Shown: positions 38,477 through 49,352 of the stretch, piece after piece
How positions within the stretch are numbered: the stretch's first letter is position 1
Layout of the letters: every line of letters begins with the position of its first letter
NCBI GenBank assembly: GCA_018052475.1
Contig: JAGPNG010000005.1
Span: 11,355 to 75,354 of the forward strand
Source: Candidatus Fermentithermobacillaceae bacterium
Lineage (GTDB): Bacteria; Bacillota; Sulfobacillia; Fermentithermobacillales; Fermentithermobacillaceae
Length of the DNA: 64,000 nucleotides
Direction: 5' to 3'
Made by a program: the position numbers and the translations under genes
Notes under the pieces: model-generated
The model's input: the letters and a program-made list of their open reading frames with translations, nothing else
The model's database searches: none
What the model was told of the DNA's origin: nothing

Positions 38477-39115
38477 TCACTGGGACATAAAAGGAGATAG
38501 TATGTCTTTTACTTCGTCGTCGGATGTTTGGCCAAATTCAACATAACACTGACCCACAGCGTAAAAATACAAGGGGACAAGAGGACAAACCTCAACATCC
38601 ACGTAGTCCGCTAAAAAGTCTAGTGTGGCTTGCGGAGCGCAAGGAACTGCAAGGATAATCCGGTTGGGGCGATGCCTACGCAAATACTTTATCGCAGCCA
38701 GGGCGGTCAAGCCTGTAGCCAATCCATCGTCTACAAGAATGACATCTCTCCCCAATATGTCACGGGGAGAATTGCCGTTCCTGTAATAATCCAGTTTCCT
38801 CTCGATCTCACGTTGTAACGCTTCGGCTTCGGCTCTGATATAGTCCAGATAAGGAAAGTGCTGCTCTTCTTCGAGGAGTGTAATGTTACCTTCAACATCT
38901 ACAGCGGCAATTGCGAATTCTGGATTGAACGGGGCACCCACTTTCTTAGCCATCACCACATCCAGATCTGCCCCCAGCCCGGCGGCTACTTCTCCGGCAA
39001 CCACTACGCCTCCCCTGGGTATCCCAAGTACCAGCGGATTCTGAAAATCCATATGTTCTAAGTGCCTAAGAAGATGCCTCCCGGCGTCTTTTCTATCCTT
39101 GTACACCAGGACCAT
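38477..39115 (-). CDS. phosphoribosyltransferase-domain protein (COG1926-type)
   Basis: PRTase type I PRPP-binding loop VILVDDGLATGLT. 212 aa. Confidence 0.75.
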   Translation of the reverse strand: MVLVYKDRKDAGRHLLRHLEHMDFQNPLVLGIPRGGVVVAGEVAAGLGADLDVVMAKKVGAPFNPEFAIAAVDVEGNITLLEEEQHFPYLDYIRAEAEALQREIERKLDYYRNGNSPRDILGRDVILVDDGLATGLTALAAIKYLRRHRPNRIILAVPCAPQATLDFLADYVDVEVCPLVPLYFYAVGQCYVEFGQTSDDEVKDILSPFMSQ

Positions 39116-39136
39116 CCGCCTTTCATCCTGGACGCA

Positions 39137-39526
39137 CTATTGTCTAGGCCCCTGTGGAATTTTCGATTGCCTCTCGGTATCAACCATGTGAAACGAGCCG
39201 GTGAATTTAGCCCCTTCCGACACCACTAGACCACTCGAATAAACTTCGCCTTTTAGATTTCCGGTAGAGAGGAGATCAAGTTTCCCCGAAGCTTTCACAT
39301 TGCCGACGACGGTACCGGCTATGATGACGTTTTTCGCTTCAATGTCTGACTCGACGGACGCCGTTTCTCCTATCATTACGTCTCCCAAAGATTCGATTTT
39401 CCCCTTGACTTCGCCATCGATCCTAATGCTGCCTTTAGTTCGTATCGTACCTTCTGATTGGGTCTCTTTACTCAAAACGCTGTCAAAGACCCCCGGGCGT
39501 TGATTACTCTCTTTAGACATAAACAT
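39137..39526 (-). CDS. bactofilin (DUF583 polymer-forming cytoskeletal protein)
   Basis: Beta-helical repeat pattern IRIDGEVKGKIESLGDVMIGETASVESDIEAKNVIIAGTVVGNVKASGKLDL. 129 aa. Confidence 0.8.
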   Translation of the reverse strand: MFMSKESNQRPGVFDSVLSKETQSEGTIRTKGSIRIDGEVKGKIESLGDVMIGETASVESDIEAKNVIIAGTVVGNVKASGKLDLLSTGNLKGEVYSSGLVVSEGAKFTGSFHMVDTERQSKIPQGPRQ

Positions 39527-39544
39527 CCTTGCGACCTCCGTATA

Positions 39545-40543
39545 CTACCTGGAAAGAAAATCTACCGGGTTCTGAGTCAAACCGTTCTTATGGACCTCGT
39601 AATGAAGGTGGGGACCAGTGGTAATACCGGAAGTACCAACGTAGCCTATTACGTCCCCGCGCTCCACGTTTTGCCCGACCTTCACCTTAGTTGAGCTACA
39701 ATGGCTATACAACGTCTCATAGCCATATCCATGGCTGATTACTATGGTGCGCCCATACCCAAATTTATAACCTACAAAGGTCACCCTGCCGTAGGCCGAT
39801 GCCTTTATTGAGGTACCATAAGAAGCTGATATATCTATGCCTGAATGAAAGTCAGTTCTTCTTGTGATGGGATGTCTTCGCCATCCATATCCAGAAGTAA
39901 TGCTCCCACTTACAGGCCATGTGTTCGGCACAGCACGCGCATAAGAAACAACTTCCGTAGCTTGTTCCTGCAATGATTCAACCCGCTGCTCTACACTACT
40001 TACCTGTTCGGCCAACTCAGTAGCTGACTCTTCAAGTGCCGCAAGCAGGGGCGAGACCCCCTGAAGAGAAATAGGTCGTAACCTGCTTACGCCGTCTCTC
40101 GACGCGACCATCGCAACACTCTGTCTTGAGGCGATGGAAGCCTGTATGGTCTCCTCCGGTGTTGTCTCTTCAATAAGGCCTTCTTGCTGAAGCATCGCCC
40201 TTGTTTGGCTTTCATTTAGCTCAGTTTGAGCGAGCCTTTCCGAAACCTCTGCCAACAAGTCTTGTATATCTTGAATCTTCTGTTGCTGGATATCAGCAAC
40301 TTCATATAAATACGATAGTTCCTGGTTCTCCGCTTTTATGTTCTTGTAGGAATTCACAAAAAGCCCCAAACCCGTAAGTGCAACACACACAACACATAGA
40401 CCTGCGATAAGCGAATTGAGACTGAAGGTTGACGTATAAGTTTTCCCATGTGAATAAACTATCAAAAAAGTAAACCTTCGTTCTCGGTTACTGTGTGGCT
40501 TCTTCAGCCTGTGCGCCTTGTTCCCATAAGTAATCAAAAGCAC
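39545..40543 (-). CDS. membrane-anchored coiled-coil M23 peptidase (EnvC/LytM-like)
   Basis: TM helix, ~150-aa coiled-coil, and a C-terminal M23 domain with HSGIDI and GPHLHYEV. Confidence 0.8.
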   Translation of the reverse strand: MLLITYGNKAHRLKKPHSNRERRFTFLIVYSHGKTYTSTFSLNSLIAGLCVVCVALTGLGLFVNSYKNIKAENQELSYLYEVADIQQQKIQDIQDLLAEVSERLAQTELNESQTRAMLQQEGLIEETTPEETIQASIASRQSVAMVASRDGVSRLRPISLQGVSPLLAALEESATELAEQVSSVEQRVESLQEQATEVVSYARAVPNTWPVSGSITSGYGWRRHPITRRTDFHSGIDISASYGTSIKASAYGRVTFVGYKFGYGRTIVISHGYGYETLYSHCSSTKVKVGQNVERGDVIGYVGTSGITTGPHLHYEVHKNGLTQNPVDFLSR

Positions 40544-40713
40544 AACCTCACAATCCCTTTGAACTCAGACTAGCAATTACACATTATTCAGTTCGGTCTG
40601 GCTACGTTCTTCGCAGCGATTCTCGATATGTATTCGACGCCCGAAGAAAAACTCCTCCCCTAAGTATGCCGATAAGTGCGTTAGATAGCAACCCCTTCCG
40701 GTAAGGTCTAGCC

Positions 40714-41844
40714 TCATTTCAAATAGACCCGAGGAACGCGTGCGGTTATACCCGTGAGTATCTCATGGGTAATTGTCCCTACCAAACCAGCCACTTCGTC
40801 CAAAGTGATTTCCTCTGTTCCGTCTACGCCTATAAGTGTCACAATATCGCCGAGAGTCACACTCGATGCACGGCCGATATCTACCATAAGCTGATCCATA
40901 CAGATTCTTCCAACAACTGGGTATCTACAGCCTTTTATGAGTACCGAACCTATGTTCGATAGTTTTCTGGGATAACCGTCTGCATAACCTATCGGAACTG
41001 TTGCGATAGCGGTATCCTCATGGGTCTCATATGTAAGCCCATAACCCACTTTGGTTCCAGCGGACACCTCCTTGACGTGAGAAACACGCGCCTTCAGCGA
41101 AAAAACGGGGTACAGAGGCGCCCTATCTGCCAACGCTTCATTGGGATAACAGCCATACAGCATGATCCCGGGTCTAACCAGGTCATAATGAGATTCTGGC
41201 CATGCCAGTATGCCCGCAGAATTTGCGGTGTGGAGGTAGCGTGGTCGGATACCTCTTCGTGAAAGGCAGATAACTGCATCTTTGAATCTTGCGAGCTGCA
41301 TTTCTGTATACTTCGAATCCACGTCGGCTGCCGCAAAGTGAGTAAAAGCCCCTTCGAGCTCAACATAGCAAGACCCCGCTATCTGGTCTAGGGCACTCTC
41401 AAGTTCTGCGCCAGGACGAAATCCAATGCGCCCCATTCCGGTATCAATCTTAAGATGCACTTTCGCTTTCTTGTTAAAGCGCTTTGCTGCATTCTCAGCA
41501 TCAGCAAATCCTTGCACTGACGTGACGGTAAGTGAGACCCCTAGGTTGACTAGTACTTCAGCAGCCTCACTAGTTACTGCTCCAAGAACCAGTATGTTCG
41601 CCTCAGGCAGCGCCTCTCTGAGTTCTACGGCTTCGTCTGGCGTAGCTACTGCCAACCACGAAGCGCCAGCCTCAAGCGCTGCTTTGGATGCAGGGACTGC
41701 TCCAATCCCATATGCATTTGCCTTGACTACTGCCATTATCTCCGAGGTTTTCGGAATCAAGTCTCGTACAACGCCTATATTCTTTTTGAAGTTTGATAGG
41801 TCTATCTCAGCCCATACCGGCCTCAATGTCTTGGCATTTGGCAT
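40714..41844 (-). CDS. alr: alanine racemase
   Basis: PLP-binding N-terminus AVVKANAYGIG. 376 aa. Both the TIM-barrel and C-terminal beta domains are present. Confidence 0.9.
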   Translation of the reverse strand: MPNAKTLRPVWAEIDLSNFKKNIGVVRDLIPKTSEIMAVVKANAYGIGAVPASKAALEAGASWLAVATPDEAVELREALPEANILVLGAVTSEAAEVLVNLGVSLTVTSVQGFADAENAAKRFNKKAKVHLKIDTGMGRIGFRPGAELESALDQIAGSCYVELEGAFTHFAAADVDSKYTEMQLARFKDAVICLSRRGIRPRYLHTANSAGILAWPESHYDLVRPGIMLYGCYPNEALADRAPLYPVFSLKARVSHVKEVSAGTKVGYGLTYETHEDTAIATVPIGYADGYPRKLSNIGSVLIKGCRYPVVGRICMDQLMVDIGRASSVTLGDIVTLIGVDGTEEITLDEVAGLVGTITHEILTGITARVPRVYLK

Positions 41845-41937
41845 TCTTTAATATCCCCCTAGACTGCAAACATATTGCGAATGTTTCACGTGAAACATTC
41901 GCAAAGTATATCCAATTCGTCGCTCCAGCCTGGCCCT

Positions 41938-42777
41938 CTATCCCTCTAGGTTGCCCTGGATCAATTCTACCACTCGCTCTAGGTCTTCCATCCCGTAGAA
42001 CGAGATGGTGATAGAACCCTTCTCTCCTTGCTTCTTGACAACAACAGGGCTCCCGAGCAACGACGAAAGAACCTCTTCAGCTTCCTTCAGTCGGATTGCT
42101 GACTGAACCTTCTTGTCTCCCTTGCGCCCCTTTGCCGAAACTGCTTCCTCAACGCTTCTAACCGAAAGCCCCTTCGTAACTATTCTCTTTGCAAGCCTGA
42201 GCTGTTCCTCCCTCTCAAGCCCTATAAGCGCCCTTCCATGGCTTCCGCTTATTTTCCCTTGGTTGATAAGTTCTTTGACCTCATCCTCCAGCTTTAACAA
42301 CCGCAATGTGTTGGTCACGTCAGGCCGACTCTTGCCAACTCTCTTAGCGATCTGCTCCTGTGTCAAACCAAATTCATCAGACAAGCGCTGATAGGCCTCG
42401 GCCTCCTCGATGGGGCCGAGATCTTCTCTCTGCAGGTTTTCAACCAAAGATATCTCCATCGCTTCCCTGTCAGTCATGTCCCTTACGACCACGGGCACTT
42501 TCTCAAGGCCCGCCATCATGGCTGCCCTCAAGCGTCGTTCTCCTGCCACCAATTGATAACGAGAACCCAACCTTCTTACTATCAATGGTTGAATAACTCC
42601 ATGTTCCTTCATTGACGCCGCCAGATCCTGAATTTTCTCATCATCAAAAATCTGTCTAGGCTGATAGGGGTTCGCTTCAATTTCTTGCGGCAAGACCTCA
42701 ATAATCTCTTCGTTATCTCCAATAGCAGCTCCCGGGATAAGCGCATCAATACCTTTACCTAGTCCCCTCTTGGCCAC
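41938..42777 (-). CDS. parB: chromosome partitioning protein ParB/Spo0J (start uncertain; probably GTG near 42777)
   Basis: KRGLGKGIDALIP N-terminal motif, ParB box GERRLRAA and HTH. The ORF-track start at 42858 would overlap parA by 100 nt. Confidence 0.85.
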   Translation of the reverse strand: MAKRGLGKGIDALIPGAAIGDNEEIIEVLPQEIEANPYQPRQIFDDEKIQDLAASMKEHGVIQPLIVRRLGSRYQLVAGERRLRAAMMAGLEKVPVVVRDMTDREAMEISLVENLQREDLGPIEEAEAYQRLSDEFGLTQEQIAKRVGKSRPDVTNTLRLLKLEDEVKELINQGKISGSHGRALIGLEREEQLRLAKRIVTKGLSVRSVEEAVSAKGRKGDKKVQSAIRLKEAEEVLSSLLGSPVVVKKQGEKGSITISFYGMEDLERVVELIQGNLEG

Positions 42778-43531
42778 GACGCAGCACCTCCTCTGCAAGT
42801 TCCCTATACACCTCTGCACCTTTCGACCTATTATCATAGATAGTGATCGGCTTCCCATAAGAGGGAGCCTCGGAAAGCCTCACATTTCTAGGTATAATCG
42901 TGGAGTAAACTTTCTCTTTGAAAAACCTCTTGACCTCATCTGCGACCTGAATCGATAGGTTAGTGCGCCCATCAAACATCGTCAATAAGACCCCTTCAAT
43001 TTCCAGATTCGCATTTAGCCTGCCCCTCACTAGTTTTATGGTACTAAGCAACTGAGTGAGTCCCTCTAATGCGTAGTACTCGCACTGGATGGGGATGAGA
43101 ACAGAGTCCGCCGCCACAAGGGCATTGACCGTGAGCAAGCCGAGAGACGGAGGACAATCTATGAAGACGTAATCGTAGTCATCTCTGACTTTTCCCACTA
43201 TGCGTCGGAGCCTATGTTCCCGTTTATCTAAACCTACGAGTTCTACTTCTGCTCCGGCTAAATGAATTGAGGATGGTAAAACCCAGACCCCCTCAAATTC
43301 TGTCTCCACTACAGCACTATTTGTGTCCACATCATTTATGAGGCAGTCGTAGACAGACACATTAATGTCGTTCCAATCAATCCCCAAACCGCTGGTTGCG
43401 TTCCCTTGTGGGTCCGCATCAACAATCAGAACCCTGCACCCAAGCTCCCCTAGGCAAGCCCCAAGGTTCACAGCCGTGGTAGTCTTACCCACTCCACCTT
43501 TTTGATTGGCTACAGCAATGACTTTTGACAT
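42755..43531 (-). CDS. parA: chromosome partitioning ATPase ParA/Soj
   Basis: Deviant Walker A KGGVGKTT. 258 aa. Confidence 0.9.
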   Translation of the reverse strand: MSKVIAVANQKGGVGKTTTAVNLGACLGELGCRVLIVDADPQGNATSGLGIDWNDINVSVYDCLINDVDTNSAVVETEFEGVWVLPSSIHLAGAEVELVGLDKREHRLRRIVGKVRDDYDYVFIDCPPSLGLLTVNALVAADSVLIPIQCEYYALEGLTQLLSTIKLVRGRLNANLEIEGVLLTMFDGRTNLSIQVADEVKRFFKEKVYSTIIPRNVRLSEAPSYGKPITIYDNRSKGAEVYRELAEEVLRRGQEGTR

Positions 43532-43759
43532 ATCCCTACCCTCTCAAACGCTCCGGACTACCCTCTTCTTGGCCGATTACAATGTTCGTCCTTTGCTCTC
43601 TCAAATCCTGCTCTATTCATTGTATCCCATATCTCCGAATAAGGCCCTTTCATGAAGATAACTCATGATACAAAACGAGAAAAACTAATGCCTTGCCCAA
43701 ATGGGTACTTAAAGCGCAGAAACCATGGCAGGCACAAGGTGCAGTTCTACTTCAACAAT

Positions 43760-44518
43760 CTATTGCAGACTCTTACGTGAAGCCCTCTTTATGCTTGCGT
43801 AACTACGGGGTATGTCTTCCTCTACGAAAGACTCTTTCAAATATAGTATCAATAACCGATCACCCATACCGTGCGGCAGGCAATATCCATGAGTAAAAAG
43901 ATGTCGCAACCCAAACTTGACTAGGTAATCCGCTTCCTTTGGGAATTTCTGTCCCGGGCCAACCCACAACGCAACTTGGCCTCCCTGCTTCAAAAATCCT
44001 GTTGAAAGTTCGAGGCAAACAGGCGGATCTGCCACAGCCCGACTAGTAACAAGACTATACTGCTCACGCTGGGAAGATACATGGGCAACCTCTTCAGCCC
44101 TCGCCTCAAGAACCTCAACTCCAGAAAGTCCGGCCGTTTCTATGTATCCTTTCATGAAATCACACGATCCCTTCCGCGAGTCCAAAAGCGTAACGTGTGC
44201 ATCAGGAAATAGCGCCTTAACCGCCAAACCTGGCCATCCATTCCCGCTTCCGATGTCAAGAGCCCGTAATGGACAAATATCTCCGGCAGCATAGGAAATG
44301 GCGAAAGAGTCAGCGAGCAACTTAACAGCGATGTCCTCAGGGTTCTCAAAACCTACCACTCTTCTGCCCTTCCACCTCACAAAATACCGAATCCAGGACT
44401 CTATGATGAGGTCCGCAGTCTGAGGGGCATCGATCTCCATGAGATCCAAAGCCTCGCGAAACGCCTTGCATACTTTTCTTATGAACTCCTCAGTTTGGGG
44501 AGCTTCGCCACTAATCAT
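43760..44518 (-). CDS. rsmG: 16S rRNA (guanine527-N7)-methyltransferase RsmG (GidB)
   Basis: SAM motif ALDIGSGNGWPGL. Position between mnmG and parA. Confidence 0.88.
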   Translation of the reverse strand: MISGEAPQTEEFIRKVCKAFREALDLMEIDAPQTADLIIESWIRYFVRWKGRRVVGFENPEDIAVKLLADSFAISYAAGDICPLRALDIGSGNGWPGLAVKALFPDAHVTLLDSRKGSCDFMKGYIETAGLSGVEVLEARAEEVAHVSSQREQYSLVTSRAVADPPVCLELSTGFLKQGGQVALWVGPGQKFPKEADYLVKFGLRHLFTHGYCLPHGMGDRLLILYLKESFVEEDIPRSYASIKRASRKSLQ

Positions 44519-44561
44519 TCAAATCTCTCCCTGACACCCTACTAACGAGAAACAAATCGCC

Positions 44562-46424
44562 TTACTCAGCCTCGACCTTCGGCTCCAAAAAGCCCAGTTT
44601 GCCTGCTCTTAACCATGCAAGGATCACCAATACATCAGATGGGGACACACCAACATCCAACGCTCTACCAACAGAATCCGGCTTGAACCTAATCAGTTTA
44701 TCTACTGTCTCACGAGACAATCCCTGAACACCGCGCCAATCCACGTCACGAGGCAGTCTTCTTCCAAGATCCTTTTGAAGTCTTCTGGCCTCACGATTCT
44801 GCCTATCGATAAATCCTTTATATCTGGCCTCAATCTCGATTTCGGACAGAATCTCCTCCGGCAGACTATCTAGTCCTTCTATCACCCCTAAAAACTCCTC
44901 TATGTGACACGATGGCCTTCGCAGCAAATCCTTAACTGGAGTTCCGGACACTTTTTCTTCGAGCAATCTTCTACCCTTTGCAAGAAGAGCCTCGCGTAGA
45001 CAATATGCTTCCCATCGCGCGTCGGATACCAACCCAACCCTGCGCCCTAAGGGAGTAAGCCTCGAAGGCGCATTGGAATGTCTCAATATCAGCCGGTACT
45101 CAGCTCTGGATGTAAGCATTCTGTACGGTTCCATAATCGTAGTGCTAGTAAGATCATCGACCAAAACTCCAATGTATGCCTCTTTGCGTCCAAGAATCAA
45201 AGGCTCCTCTCCTCTTATTGCCATCGCCGCATTAATACCAGCCAAAAGCCCTTGAGCTGCAGCCTCTTCGTAGCCCGATGTACCGTTTATCTGCCCCGCC
45301 GTGTAAAGGCCATATATGCCTTGCGTTTCAAGAGTCGGCATCACTTGAGCAGGTACAAGGTAGTCGTATTCGATTGCATAACCGGGTCGCGTTATCTCTG
45401 CTCTAGAAAGCCCCGGAAGCGTATGGACCATCTCGCACTGAATGTCTTCCGGAAGACTCGTAGATAGACCAAGAATATACACGTCTGTGCTCTCCTCGGA
45501 CTCGATCTCTAGGTATACCTGATGACGACTTCTATCAGGAAATCTCATTACTTTATCCTCGATGGAGGGACAGTATCTCGGTCCTACCCCCTTTATAGTG
45601 CCGTCGAAAAGAGGCGCCCTGTGTATGTTGCTCCTTATTACCTTATGCGTGGCTTCATTTGTGTACGTCGAATAGCAAACATCCTTGTTCCACATCTTAG
45701 GCTCTGACATGAACGAGAACCTAACGGGCCTATCTATGCTCTGTTCAGGGGTAAGCTCATCCCAGTCTACGCTATCTTTATGAATCCTAGGAGAAGTGCC
45801 TGTCTTAAACCTCCTCATCTCAAATCCCAAAGAAGCAAGGCAACCCGACAATCCTCTAGCGTTGCTCTCCCCCATAGGCCCTGATTCCACGATCTTTTCT
45901 CCTATGATAATGCGACTCTCGAGGTAGACACCGGTGCACAGAATGACGCACTGAGCATAGATCTCGCTTCCATCCTCTAGCTGCACTCCATCTACCCTAT
46001 CTCCGGACACAGATACCGCAGTAACCATGCCTTGAATAAGAGTAATACCGGCGGCTAAAATACGCTCTTTCATGTATCGAGAGTATGCCGCCTTGTCTAT
46101 TTGTGCTCTCAAAGATTGGACCGCAGGCCCCTTAGACGCGTTAAGAAGCCTCATCTCTATCGCACAATTATCTGCAGCCAAGGCCATCTCTCCGCCGAGG
46201 GCATCAATCTCTGCAACGATCTGAGCCTTGCCCGGCCCCCCAATCGCTGGGTTACATGGCATACCGGCGATGTTCTCTGTATCCAGTGTTATGATTGCGG
46301 TTTGCATTCCAAGTCGCCGGGCAGCCAAAGCGGCCTCACAACCTGCATGACCACTCCCAACTACCACAACATCGAACTTCCTCACGCTTAGATCCTTTGC
46401 TCCTTTCACATACCAATTCCACAA
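44562..46424 (-). CDS. mnmG: tRNA uridine-5-carboxymethylaminomethyl modification enzyme MnmG (GidA)
   Basis: FAD motif DVVVVGSGHAGCEAA. 620 aa. Confidence 0.92.
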   Translation of the reverse strand: MWNWYVKGAKDLSVRKFDVVVVGSGHAGCEAALAARRLGMQTAIITLDTENIAGMPCNPAIGGPGKAQIVAEIDALGGEMALAADNCAIEMRLLNASKGPAVQSLRAQIDKAAYSRYMKERILAAGITLIQGMVTAVSVSGDRVDGVQLEDGSEIYAQCVILCTGVYLESRIIIGEKIVESGPMGESNARGLSGCLASLGFEMRRFKTGTSPRIHKDSVDWDELTPEQSIDRPVRFSFMSEPKMWNKDVCYSTYTNEATHKVIRSNIHRAPLFDGTIKGVGPRYCPSIEDKVMRFPDRSRHQVYLEIESEESTDVYILGLSTSLPEDIQCEMVHTLPGLSRAEITRPGYAIEYDYLVPAQVMPTLETQGIYGLYTAGQINGTSGYEEAAAQGLLAGINAAMAIRGEEPLILGRKEAYIGVLVDDLTSTTIMEPYRMLTSRAEYRLILRHSNAPSRLTPLGRRVGLVSDARWEAYCLREALLAKGRRLLEEKVSGTPVKDLLRRPSCHIEEFLGVIEGLDSLPEEILSEIEIEARYKGFIDRQNREARRLQKDLGRRLPRDVDWRGVQGLSRETVDKLIRFKPDSVGRALDVGVSPSDVLVILAWLRAGKLGFLEPKVEAE

Positions 46425-46465
46425 AGCCTCTCAATGAGACGACAGAATCCCAGACAAAGTATTTT

Positions 46466-47908
46466 CTATTTCCCCACACAAAACTGAGCGAATATCCTAT
46501 CCAAGGTCGCCTCATTAACCTTCTTACCTGTGAGTTCCATTAGCGCATCTGTAGCCTCTTCCACACACAGCACGATCACATCGTCAGTCCAACCCTCGTC
46601 CATGTATTTCAGCGCTTCCTTGACAGACTCATATGACCGCCTGAGACAGTCGACCTGACGCGCTGACCCTGGCAGAATTGCTTCAGGATCGGCTAGAGAT
46701 GTGAACATCCCTTGGACCATCATCTTAAGGTCCTCTATTCCCTCTCCGGTTACGGATGATACTTTCACCCACCTAGATCCAACTTTCTTTTCCAACAGCC
46801 CGGTATCGATCCGGTGGTGCCCTAAGTCAGCCTTTGTCACCACTGCTATGCAGAATCTGTCTTTCCAGCTTTCTAGCCATGCAAGATCTTCATCCAAGAT
46901 CTCCTCGGTATCGTCAAGAATATACAAAATCACATTTGCCTCCTGGGCGGCGCTCTTGGCTCTCTCTACACCCATTGCTTCAACTACCTCTTCTGTGGGC
47001 CTAAGCCCTGCTGTATCGAGGAGGACAACGGGCAACCCGTACCACTCGGTTCTTTCGCTTATCACGTCCCTAGTTGTACCCGGCATATCTGTAACTATAG
47101 CCCTATCTCTCGAAAGAAGAGCGTTGAACAAAGAGGATTTTCCGACATTAGGCCGACCCACAAGGCACACATCCAAGCCTCCTGAAAGCGCAAGCCCCAG
47201 AGGCGCTTTGTTCAGAGTTGCATCCATTTCTTGCGCCGCTCGATTCAGGATCGTCTTCACCCGTTCGCGTTCACCCTCTGAATCTATGCTCTCCGGGAAA
47301 TCAATTGGCCCTTCAAGCAAAGCCAGGGCGTCTACCAGCGAGTTCTCCCATGTTTCAATCAAAGCGCCAAATTCGCCCTTTAATCGGCGCCCGGCCTGAT
47401 AAAGAGAAGCTTCACTAGCAGAAGTAACTACGTCGAGTACTGCTTCGGCTTCATCCAAAGTTATTCTGCCATTTAAGAATGCCCTCTTCGTGAACTCGCC
47501 TGGCTCAGCAGGCCTAGCGCCCAATTGATAAGCAATGCTTAGGACCTTTTGGGCTACAAGCATCCCACCGTGACACTGGATTTCCACTACGTCTTCGCCG
47601 GTATAAGACCGCGGGGCTTTCATCACGAGGACAATTGCCTCGTCTACAACCAAACCGGTTTTCGGCTCTACTATGTCGCCAAGACCCATAAACCACTTGC
47701 GCATGCGGTTGACTCGCTTACCGCTCCTTAGCCTCACCATCTGATCGCAGATGTCTAGAGACTTTCCGCCACTGATCCTACAGATCGCAATGCCACCGGT
47801 TCCCATAGGCGTAGCGACCGCTGCTATGGTCTCAGCATACATATCTTGTGGATCCTCTATCGGGTTACACATACATCCACTCTCCAAAATCAACTCTTGC
47901 CTGGCCAA
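46466..47908 (-). CDS. mnmE: tRNA modification GTPase MnmE (TrmE)
   Basis: G-domain GRPNVGKSS and DTAG, and C-terminal CxGK (FCVGK). Confidence 0.92.
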   Translation of the reverse strand: MARQELILESGCMCNPIEDPQDMYAETIAAVATPMGTGGIAICRISGGKSLDICDQMVRLRSGKRVNRMRKWFMGLGDIVEPKTGLVVDEAIVLVMKAPRSYTGEDVVEIQCHGGMLVAQKVLSIAYQLGARPAEPGEFTKRAFLNGRITLDEAEAVLDVVTSASEASLYQAGRRLKGEFGALIETWENSLVDALALLEGPIDFPESIDSEGERERVKTILNRAAQEMDATLNKAPLGLALSGGLDVCLVGRPNVGKSSLFNALLSRDRAIVTDMPGTTRDVISERTEWYGLPVVLLDTAGLRPTEEVVEAMGVERAKSAAQEANVILYILDDTEEILDEDLAWLESWKDRFCIAVVTKADLGHHRIDTGLLEKKVGSRWVKVSSVTGEGIEDLKMMVQGMFTSLADPEAILPGSARQVDCLRRSYESVKEALKYMDEGWTDDVIVLCVEEATDALMELTGKKVNEATLDRIFAQFCVGK

Positions 47909-47958
47909 GCTGAATGCCTATACTCATTAAATTATACACGTAAGCGATAGGTCGCACC

Positions 47959-47984
47959 AAAAAAAACGGACCTCTACTAGGTCC
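47959..47984 (-). terminator. rho-independent terminator downstream of jag (5-bp GC stem ggacc/ggtcc followed by a T8 run on the minus strand)
   Basis: Plus strand reads AAAAAAAAcggacctctactaggtcc. The stem is short, so this is only a moderate prediction. Confidence 0.45.
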
Positions 47985-48045
47985 ACATACTTATTTAGTC
48001 GCCTACAGTTTCAGACACTTATGGTAGGTTCTTACTTTAGATTAA

Positions 48046-48693
48046 CTATCGTTGCCTTGATACCTGGTTCGTCCCTCCCCGAGGTGAGATAACGACTCTC
48101 CTAAATGGCTCATCTCCTTGGCTTTGTGTAACCACCCTGGCGTTTCTCTGAAGGGTCATATGTATGATGCGTCTGTCTCTTGCATCCATAGGGCGCAATG
48201 CGGTGCTTCTTCCGGTTCTTTCAACCTTCCTTGCTGCATTTCTCGCCATATCTTCTAAGTCCCTTTCTCTACGCTTCCTGTATCCATTGGCATCTACTAG
48301 GATCCTTCTCGCATCGCCTGCTCCTTTTGCAGAAACTACGTTTGTAAGAAACTCAAGGCTCCTCAAAGTCTCTCCGTGTCTACCGATAAGAAGACCAAGA
48401 TCGTCACCGCTTATTTCCACTACCCTCGCATCTCCGTCTTCTAATACCTGGATCTCTCCTTCAATACCCATATATTGCAGCAAGTTTTCGATGAACTCAC
48501 ATGCGAGTTCAACCTTATCTTGCTTTCGGGTTACTCTCACTCTTGCATCGCGGCCACCTATGATTCCCAAGAATCCCTTGGTCGGTTCGTCAAGTATTTC
48601 AATATCAGCTTCTTCTTCTGAAATGCCTAAGTCGCTAAGAGCGCTTTCGACAGCTTCTTCGATGGTGCGTCCGGTTCTTTCTATGCTTCTCAC
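48046..48693 (-). CDS. jag: Jag/KhpB RNA-binding protein (Jag-N, KH and R3H domains)
   Basis: Domain order and the conserved position downstream of yidC. Confidence 0.88.
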   Translation of the reverse strand: MRSIERTGRTIEEAVESALSDLGISEEEADIEILDEPTKGFLGIIGGRDARVRVTRKQDKVELACEFIENLLQYMGIEGEIQVLEDGDARVVEISGDDLGLLIGRHGETLRSLEFLTNVVSAKGAGDARRILVDANGYRKRRERDLEDMARNAARKVERTGRSTALRPMDARDRRIIHMTLQRNARVVTQSQGDEPFRRVVISPRGGTNQVSRQR

Positions 48694-49352
48694 TTAGACT
48701 TAGCTCCTTCCTTAGCTGGGCTTACAGGTGGTACGACTAACCGTTCAACTAAGCCCATAAGGTTAGCAGTTATTATATATATTGACACAGACCAGGAAAA
48801 CTTGATCGAAAAGTAGCTTAGAACTACAAACATGACAGCCATCATAATCTTCTGACTCGTCTGCTGTTGTGTATCGGCGCTCATCGAAGGGGAGAATCGC
48901 ATCGACAAGTATGAGCTCAGAAGTGTAAGGATTATTACAATAACTCCATAGACGGTACCCTGCGACATGGCGGGTTCGCCAAGTTTCAAGCCTAAGAACA
49001 ATCCGTCCTTTAGGGCAGGATGGCTTTCCAGAGACCTGAACATTGCCAGAAGTATAGGTAACTGGATAATAGGCAGAATGCAGCTAGTGGCTGGATTAGC
49101 ATTGTAACGGCTGTACAAATCCATCATCTCAAGATTAAGCCTCTCAGGATCGTCTTTGTACTTCTTTTGTATTTTCTCAAGCTCAGGTTGCATAGCCGTA
49201 ATCGCCTGAGTAGAACGTGCAGATTTTATGGTCAAAGGCAATAGTATAAGCCGGATGAGCACAGTCAATCCTACGATAGTAATGCCCCAGCTGCCGGTTA
49301 TCCCGTAGATAAAGTCCAGTATCTGGACCATTATATTAATTATATACGACAA
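48690..49352 (-). CDS. yidC: membrane protein insertase YidC/SpoIIIJ (short Firmicutes form)
   Basis: 220 aa, polytopic. Conserved position between jag and yidD/rnpA. Confidence 0.88.
   Translation of the reverse strand: MSYIINIMVQILDFIYGITGSWGITIVGLTVLIRLILLPLTIKSARSTQAITAMQPELEKIQKKYKDDPERLNLEMMDLYSRYNANPATSCILPIIQLPILLAMFRSLESHPALKDGLFLGLKLGEPAMSQGTVYGVIVIILTLLSSYLSMRFSPSMSADTQQQTSQKIMMAVMFVVLSYFSIKFSWSVSIYIITANLMGLVERLVVPPVSPAKEGAKSK

Noticed and set aside
46701-47399. 232-aa plus-strand ORF
   Set aside because: Antisense to mnmE. Ser/Pro-rich low complexity typical of antisense frames of GC-rich coding regions.
48164-48697. 177-aa plus-strand ORF
   Set aside because: Antisense to jag.
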